From NCBI GenBank assembly GCA_946965045.2, contig OX337239.1, positions 3,224,001-3,288,000 of the forward strand: a stretch of 64,000 nt of DNA, read 5' to 3'. The notes beneath the pieces were generated by a model. It saw only the letters and a list, made by a program, of their open reading frames with translations, did not search any database and was not told the origin of the DNA. Origin of the DNA: Epithemia pelagica (lineage: Eukaryota; Protista; Bacillariophyta). Shown piece by piece: positions 56,387 to 64,000 of this stretch. Position numbers and translations under genes: made by a program. Position 1 is the first letter of the stretch; each line of letters starts with the position of its first letter.

Positions 56387-59085
56387 CTAATGGCCCTGCC
56401 CCAACGGGGACTGCTGGCCCGCCGGGGAAGATGCAAGAGAAGAAAGCTGAGCGCGTACTGTCGCGACTGAAGGATGATTGGGATGAGCTGATAGCACTTG
56501 TGAAACGTTTTGTAAAACTGCAGAGAGTTGAGCCAATACTTGGTCAGGGGTGGTGGAGGAAGCTAGGGAGTAGGTGGTATCGGAGAGAGCGGTGGAGGCC
56601 AAATTGGGAGCAGCCGGCGGCCGAGGGACATGGGAACTCGCGCGAGAACTTGACTGGGACGGGGCCGAGCCCCCTGAGACAGTGGAGGCAATCGATGTCC
56701 CCTGCGGAAGCGTAGAAATGCTATCGTGGTCCGCAGCCGCGTCATGGGGACGGACTAAACTCTGGGGAGCCACGAGTTGTATCGTCGCAGAGGAAACGGC
56801 GCCCACCTTCGAGCAATCTAATTCAGCGTCACCGGTGTCATGGACCCAAAGGCTATAGGAGTCGGCCGGTGAGTCAACCGTCAAAGTGGTAGGATTCCAG
56901 GTTGCGCCCACGGCGCGTTCAAGAGCCTCTTGGTTAAAGTGACGGTACACCACCCGTGACAACAAAATTTCCCGATCCCTATCCTCCAAGTCCGGCTCCG
57001 CCGTGGCGACCTTCCAACGAAGGTACGGCACCAACGCCAGAATCATGGTTCTCGCTTCATCTTCTCGATCAGGGTGGAAACAGAACTGTGTCGCTCCCTC
57101 TAAATGGCTGGGATCCACTGAGTGAAATAGGCGGTAGCCAGATTGGCTTTTGATCTCTATCAGCCGATCCCGAAGCGAAAGTCCCGAGGTATCGTCGACC
57201 ACGTCTAAGTCATGCAACTCCCAAGTACGCATGTTGATCATCGATTGACAAAACTGGAGCTGCCTCAACCTTAACGCCGCAACCTTATTGCGAGTGTTGA
57301 TGTTCATAAGGTCATGTAGCGGCCACACGATGCGAAGTTTAATACCCAAGGGGAATTCCGTTGCCGACCGATCGTAGATGGTTGCAAGGCGGCGCTTGGC
57401 ATCGGACTTGTGCTGGCGATCCACTTCAAAGTGGAGAGCCTTAGCGAGTTGCTCTTTAGGTATCGCTCCCGATTGTCCTGTACTGATGGTTCGCCACCGG
57501 ATCCCGACTTCGTATCCTAGTTCCGCAGACAGATGCATGCGGAGAGTAGGCACATGCATCGTCTGAGTGGAATAAAGAGCCCATCCGACTATAGAAGTCG
57601 TCTCACATTGAAGCTGCCGTGTCCAAAGCCCGTGTCTTTCGGCTTGGAACCAACTGGATAGTCCTGCCATTAACTCCGAGAACGGCTTAGTGTGTCCAAA
57701 CTACACTGAGGGATAGATGAACCCTCCTGCCGCTTTAGGAACCGCGCGCGGGAAGTACTTTTTAAGCACTCCGATATCGGCTGGTATGCCAGCAGGGGAC
57801 GAAATGGCTCGGAGGACACGAACACCGTTGGGCCGATCCCTGTTGTCGAGCTCGGCCCACGGGTGGACCACCAACGACGCATCCACTTCCTGAATCTTGG
57901 TCATGAGGTTGGCTAACGCGCGACGCAGTTCTTCCTCCGGATTCGTAGAGGGTGGAACATTAATGCGTAATTCGTACCGTGCTGTGACGTGGCGAGCCGG
58001 GTTCAATCGTAAAGGCCGAAGATACGGATTCACCACCTGCGTGCGGGAAATACGTGCCCGTGGTTGCGAAACGGCAGCAGCGTAGGTATGTGGTGCCGCC
58101 GCGGGGGCTGGAGAAACCGTGGTCGGCGTAGCGACCGGCTGGTTGACGAAGATATGCACCAGCGGGCCGGTGGCATTATCTCGGGCAACGGTAACAGCCT
58201 CAGCCGCATCATCAGGCGCAGGTTGGGGCGGCTCGGAGCTGGATGTTGGAGTGTTATCCGTTCGTGGAGGGGCCGGGTGCTCTGCTGGAAGGGCCTGATT
58301 CTGCCGGGCCAAGTCCTCAATTTCCGCATTCAGAGTCGTCGTAAATCCTCGTTGGGGGGACTCCACCGATGTCTGAGCAACCTGAACTGCCCCAGGGGGA
58401 GCATCCGCTGGAGTGGGTTGTGGAACCGCATCAGGGGGACCATGGTGGTGAGGTGGATTGGCCTCGGGGGAGGCGTCGGCTACGGGAGGTACCGCCCTCG
58501 GCACCGAAACATCCGCCATAGGGACGTCCTCATCCACTGGTTCGGCCACCGGAGAACGTGGGGCCCGGCGATTGGACCGACGATTACGTCGGCGACGAGG
58601 AGACGACGCGGGAAGATCCGACTCGTTCACATTGTTAGCACGACCGCCACAACCGCGTTGAGTGTCCAGGGGAGGTCGGCCGTTGTTACGGCCTCGTCCT
58701 CGACCAGCTGGAGCCCGTCCACGTCCTCGGCCCCGTCCGCCCGAACTCCCTCGGGAGGACGGAACGCTAGTCCAATCCGACGCCGTGTCAGAGCTAGTAT
58801 TGGGCAATGTCACCTGATCCGGAGAACGGTGCGCCGTCATGGTGGTTGGGCCTCGGCCTGACGACCGAGCGGAGCGGGAAGTAAGGGACCCCGCCGAGGT
58901 GCTAGCCGCCGTCGTAGTCTCCGCTTGGGAGTCCGTCGTTGGATGATTCACTCGAGGCGTTCCAGAAACCGCTACACCATGACCGCCGACTGAAAGAACT
59001 GGGTCACTCGGGCTTGATTGCCATGGGAAGGCGTCGACGTAGCGGAAGCTGCCGCAGGAGGCCTAGAACCACGAGAATTGACCAT
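56387..59085 (-). pseudogene. LINE ORF1 (~900 aa reconstructed), split by a 1-nt frameshift near 58987 and an in-frame TAG at 57701-57703
   Basis: Track ORFs 57701..58951 and 56387..57670 share a frame, separated by one TAG. Upstream ATG 59085 gives MVNSRGSRPPAAAS...QARVTQFFQS in another frame with similar composition. Confidence 0.72.
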
Positions 59086-60428
59086 GGTGAACGTCCCGTA
59101 GGGCCACCGTAGAAACAAGTACTAGAAATACTATAAGCAAAAGAGTAGGCTTCGAAATGTCGCAGTCATCGAGAAGTTCTTGCCCCTCAATGACAGTTCC
59201 GCCAAACCTTGTTGCACGATTATAACACTGTCGAGCAGCAGTGTTGGACTTCGATCACTACCGCATTTAAGCCTCGTACCGAACTCAGCAGTACCAACAA
59301 CAAAACCACGACCACGAATGGCGCCGATCATGTCTTGGCTGTCGTCTAATAGAACTTGTTCTTGTTCTTCTTCGTTGGATTCTGGTTCTTGGTGGTGCGA
59401 ATCTTCGTCTGGTCGATGTGGAAGGGCGATGGGACCCTTTCCCATGATCGATTCTTCACCTGTTGATTCTCCCGTGTCGGGTGCATGACGTAACCGTGTC
59501 GATTCAAATGACGATTGCACCAATGACCCTTGTACATGAAATCCTCGACAAGGCCCACATAGCTCCAAACATCGGATCGAGCCGAGTAAAAGGCCACATA
59601 GACCACCAAGGCAATCTCAGTGGCACGGAGCAGCCACCATTGGGTGTCATTTGTAACCATCGAGAGTTGTCGCATCTTTATGTGGAGATTTGCTCTCAGT
59701 AGATTGGAGCGATTCGAATTTGAGGGTCCATGCAAACTTTCTTGCGCGATCTGCAATGGAAACCGCCAATTTGCTCATTCCTGAGAATTTGCGATTCTTG
59801 TCGCCGTATTGTCCTATGAGTTCAGTCACTCTATCTTGTCAATGAACGGTCTTCTCTTCAGGATCGATACTAACATATACTCTTGTTTGTGCTCTTACTG
59901 CCTTGTCTCCTCAAATGCAGGCGTCTGCTGCGAGCTAATGCAACACCTGATGCGAGTCATTATGGGATACATGACAAGTTCCTTCTGGTCCATCTTGTCG
60001 TCAGATTCTCGTTTTGGCGTAGTTGTGATTGTGGCCTCGGTTCCGTCACAAATCACAAAGCGATGCCCATTCGAATCATTTTGGATCAAGAAGTCAAGAA
60101 GACCACTCTCTGTTGTTGTTGTTGTTGTCATTGTGAACAGTCCGCAGGACCACGGGAATAATGGCGCTCCATAAAAGGCTTTGGACGAGAGATGACTTGG
60201 AAACAAGCGATATCGACCCAGTGGATGTTGGATTGGCATCTGTGGACCTCTTCATCATGCGAGGACGACGGTCCTAAAAACACAGCAAAAGATACTTCTT
60301 GGTACTTCTTGGGGCTTGTCATGTAATCTATGAGCGATTGACTTCCCTTCATCATCGTACGCATGACAGGCACAGCTCGCGTTGCTCAAAGCTGTCATTG
60401 CTCGTCCACGTTGCAAAGCGCCGTGACC

Positions 60429-61634
60429 ATGACAACGACACTGAACGAACAAGCATGGCAGTCGGGCCTTGCCCTGTTAGACGAGACACCTGAATGGAAT
60501 TTCGAGGACTGGCCTCCTCTTGTGGGTGGATGGCGTGCAGGTCATAGTTCGGTCGTACTGAATCATCTCGATACGGAAAACGAGACCAACAACAGGGGGC
60601 AGACGGTCGTCGTGTTGGGAGGATATCAACAAGGCCAAGGCGATGTCAATTCCGTTCTGCTATTGAATCTGGCAGACCCAAACAAGCAGTGGCGAGAAGG
60701 GCCACCCATGAACCAGAAGCGTGATGGACATGCCACTGTTGTGTTCAACGGTGGCGTCTACGTGATGGGAGGTCGCAATACAACATCTTTGGATTGTCTG
60801 GAACGAATTGACTTGAATGATTTGTTTCAATCATCTTTGACAACAAGTAGCACACGTGCGAGCCATTGGACGACATTGACATGTCGGTTATCATCTGGAC
60901 GACATGGGTGTTGTGCTGTCGCGGTTCACAACCGATACATCGTTGTAATGGGTGGATACAGCGATCGTTATTTGTCGTCGGTGGATATTATAGATACAAA
61001 CAGCCACACTGTCATTGCCGGACCAAGCATGATTGTTCCACGACAATGGTTTGCCAGTGCGGTCATTGGTCACCGCATCTTTCTCGTTGGAGGTCATAAC
61101 GATGAGCATGGCTGTCTTTACACGGTGGAGTATTTGGACTTCGCAACACCCTGTGGCAATGATGAGACAAAAAAGGAGACTGGTTCTACATTCATTTCTT
61201 TCTCACCCACCTGGACCACTCATTCGGAGTTGAGGCTTTCCAATGCACGAAGTCCTTGTGCAATGGTTCCCGTGGGATCTTGTCTGGTGGTGGCGGGAGG
61301 ATGGAGAAATTCAACCGTGGAAGTTTTGGATACGCACCGCAACCGTGTGTGGAATCTCCCTGGACTGCAAGAAGATCGTTGGGGCTGCAGTATGGTGTCT
61401 GTTGCCAATCAAGTTGCCGTGATTGGTGGATGGCGCACTACTTCGTGTGCGACATTGCCACTTCTGGATAGAAATTCATGGTGTTTTCATCGTCTCTGTG
61501 AGCAGCAACCGAACGGATGGTATCATTCTCTTGAAGGTAAGGGTATCCGAGATGCTGATGTCTCACCCTCCTGCACATTGACATCAGCTCGTAAACGGGC
61601 AAGGCCCAATACACGCCGTTGTGATAAAGACTAG
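60429..61634 (+). CDS. Kelch-repeat protein K10
   Basis: ATG 60429 (MTTTLNEQAW); six blades; tail ARKRARPN. Confidence 0.92.
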   Translation: MTTTLNEQAWQSGLALLDETPEWNFEDWPPLVGGWRAGHSSVVLNHLDTENETNNRGQTVVVLGGYQQGQGDVNSVLLLNLADPNKQWREGPPMNQKRDGHATVVFNGGVYVMGGRNTTSLDCLERIDLNDLFQSSLTTSSTRASHWTTLTCRLSSGRHGCCAVAVHNRYIVVMGGYSDRYLSSVDIIDTNSHTVIAGPSMIVPRQWFASAVIGHRIFLVGGHNDEHGCLYTVEYLDFATPCGNDETKKETGSTFISFSPTWTTHSELRLSNARSPCAMVPVGSCLVVAGGWRNSTVEVLDTHRNRVWNLPGLQEDRWGCSMVSVANQVAVIGGWRTTSCATLPLLDRNSWCFHRLCEQQPNGWYHSLEGKGIRDADVSPSCTLTSARKRARPNTRRCDKD

Positions 61635-62829
61635 GAAAACTTGAAGTGGGCATCACGTTGCGTTCATGTCCTACAATGGCAAAACTTGCGAATAATCATT
61701 TTGATCTCGAACAGTTTTCTTATTGTCTATTAGCTGTGGAGTTCTCATGTGAATCCTTATAGCATAAACGAAATCATGTTTCCGGTAGACCGCGACTGTT
61801 CCGAAACGAGAAAACAATACCATGCATTATGCAGAATTTTGCCTTGTATTAAGTTTTATTGTCGTTGTGTTGAGTGCTTTGGCAGTCCCTGCGGTATTTT
61901 TCCGTGGAGGAAAATAATCGAATGCAAGAAATGGTTTGGCAAAAGCCGCTTCTTTTGGTGGACTCCAATCTTCTCACAAACTAGTCAATGCGATGACTGC
62001 AGAGGATGGAAATCTCGTTCTATTATATGAGAGAGCAACGGAGATCACCAAGCTCAATCTTGTTCCAAATCTCACCGTCTTCAAACTCTACGTTATACAA
62101 CCATGTACCAGGACTGTAAAAGGGGCGTCGCGATTTGCCATGTGTCCGACTACACTCGACCGCAATCACACGGGAATCTTCATTCGCCCACGTGGCTGTT
62201 TCGGTCTCTTGCTGTCGTCCGTATTATTGTCATCGAAGACTCGTACCTGATTCGTTTCTCCAATCACGGTAGGGGGATCAAAGTCTGTGACATTGCGAGC
62301 AGTCGATGATGATACCTTGTCAATCGTCTCCAACGCCCAACCCCCTCCAGTGTTGATTGAAGACGATTTGACTGAGGACGAGCCAAGGACAAAGATGAGG
62401 ACGACATTGAGAAAAGAGAGAATTGTGCTCTTGCAATGAGAGATTGAATTGAGGCTTGGTCCACGTCTTCATTGGCCGTCATCAACATCCGCTGTTGCAG
62501 TTGAAGCTGGTACGGAATGTCGATAGGCCGGTACACACCAAACCGCAATTCCGACTACAACAACGGTTCCATGGTTTCGCGAAGTAACCGATGCAGAACG
62601 GAGTATATGGCTCTTCCTTGTCTATGACTGATGAGACACCATTGTCGGCCATTTCCTTGTTGTTGCAAAAATCGAGCGGGCTCTCCTGTTTGTTGTGAAT
62701 GCCGTAATGCCTGGTAAATCGAGTGAGCCACCGCACCATGTGCCGTTCACAGGAGCGTTATGGGTGTTTACAAAGGCTTTTGACCGTGTCGATTCAAATG
62801 ACATGACAAAATTGCCAGAATGACCCTTG

Positions 62830-63254
62830 AGTTGAGGAATCTTGTGAATCTAACCGGTCACAATGTGCATGTGTAACACATAATGTGGAACACATTATGT
62901 GGGTTGAACGTTCAGTCACAAGCACATTATGTGGTAGGAGTAGCAAATTTGGCAGTCGGTTAGACTATGTGCTACTCATGTGCTTGTCATGTGATTCTCA
63001 TGTGCTACATGTACTAGCCATGTGATTCTCATGTGCTACATGTACTAACCATGTGAGGGAATTTCCAAATTGGAAATTCACAAGATCATGTCGACAGATC
63101 AATTTAGTTTAATGCTCACAATCTTAGAAATTGTCCTATTGAGTTACAACTGATCTAGATCCGTCCTACTGGCTTGCCCTCAAGAGCTTGATCACCTCGA
63201 GAGTCCAAGCTAGTCCTACTGTAAGTGATACCGCTGTCTAAGTATTCCGTCGCT
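62830..63254. mobile_element. 425-bp insertion with 5-bp TSD (solo-LTR-like or non-autonomous element)
   Basis: CCTTG at 62825-29 and 63255-59, with a single CCTTG in the paralog at ~59528-59532; termini AG...CT. Confidence 0.6.
62988..63056. repeat. 31-bp tandem repeat (2.2 copies) rich in CATGTG
   Basis: CATGTGATTCTCATGTGCTACATGTACTA(G/A)C at 62988 and 63019, partial at 63050. Confidence 0.92.
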
Positions 63255-64000
63255 CCTTGTGCATCAAATCCTTGACAAGGCCCGAATAGTGCGATTCACT
63301 CAACCGGTTCGCAATGTTGAGTTGCCCACATACACTGATGCGCCGCGAGTAAAATCCCACATCGACCAACGAAGCAATCGCAGTGGCACGGCTCAAGAAT
63401 TCAGAACGGCAACGGAACGGAGCAACCACCATCCACCACAGTGTCCCATCGGAATGACTTCCCATCAAGAGTTGTCGCATCTTTTTGCGCATCTTTGCTG
63501 TCAGTAGATTGGAGCGATTCGAACTTGAGGGTCCATACAAAACCTCTCGCGAATGACTTGCGCTCCTTGATCTGTGACTTGAGTGTTGATCAATCTTGGC
63601 AACCGCAATTCAACTGTCACGGATTGGACGAGGCCACTGAATGGTTGTTGTTATCTATCATAGTTTCCGGAAGAGACATGTGGGTCAAATTGCCCGATGA
63701 GAGGTCAAGTCGTCCTCGTCATCGCCGTCATCGTCGATGTAATGGTCCCCAACATGGGTGGGGATCGGGGTCGCATGTGGGTCGTGCTTTTGGTTTTGAA
63801 ACTACTCTTTCACTAATCCTCATGACCCAACCCCCTGGGTCGACGTCCTGCACCCACAATTTTGATGACAGTAGGAAATATTTAAAACGCTAGGATTGTT
63901 CCGTGGCGTCGACGACAATAGACGATGTCGACTGTGGGCAACCCACCAAAATCAGAACATGTGCACTGCGCAACTTCACAGCAATCGTACCGCCACATCA

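Larger units (their letters stand above)
50358..59177 (-). mobile_element. Full-length non-LTR retrotransposon (Ambal-like LINE, ~8.8 kb) with a few lesions
   Basis: ORF1 plus ORF2; visibly more GC-rich than the flanks; inserted in a family-B repeat with probable 16-bp TSD TCTTGCCTTTCAATGA (50342-57) / TCTTGCCCCTCAATGA (59178-93), two mismatches. Confidence 0.9.

Noticed and set aside
58955-58990. tRNA-like GGTCATGGTGTAGCGGT on the minus strand
   Set aside because: No D-stem complement, T-loop or acceptor stem; it lies in LINE ORF1.
1-64000. rRNA, tRNA, prokaryotic operon or defence-system features
   Set aside because: None recognisable; all identifiable elements are eukaryotic.

Overview
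Eukaryotic DNA, most likely a diatom (inferred from the CoDi-like Ty1/copia and the Ambal-like LINE). The window is a tandem array of 11 intronless, same-strand (+) genes for ~385-410 aa six-bladed Kelch beta-propeller proteins (K0-K10), plus one degenerate 3' fragment. K0 is cut by the window edge; K1 and K8 are disrupted. The spacers are made of three recurring flank types holding decayed gene relics. Four transposon classes sit in the spacers: a MULE-like DDE element (~2133-6285), a PIF/Harbinger with both ORFs intact (29359-32510; 15-bp TIR, TTA TSD), a Ty1/copia (38478-44538; CTCTC TSD) and a full-length APE-RT-RNaseH LINE (~50358-59177). A 425-bp insert with a 5-bp TSD lies at 62830-63254. 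Best leads: (1) the Kelch paralogs vary mainly in predicted top-face loops and are blade-by-blade mosaics of each other, with a conserved N-terminal BC-box-like motif and C-terminal NLS-like motif, resembling a diversified receptor repertoire; (2) the copia has no tRNA PBS but a perfect 14-nt complement of its own LTR, in Tf1-type self-priming geometry; (3) a 212-nt rod-like hairpin at 24651-24862 with repeated GA-closed internal loops and a GNRA tetraloop. All alignments and counts were done by eye; no database search was run.
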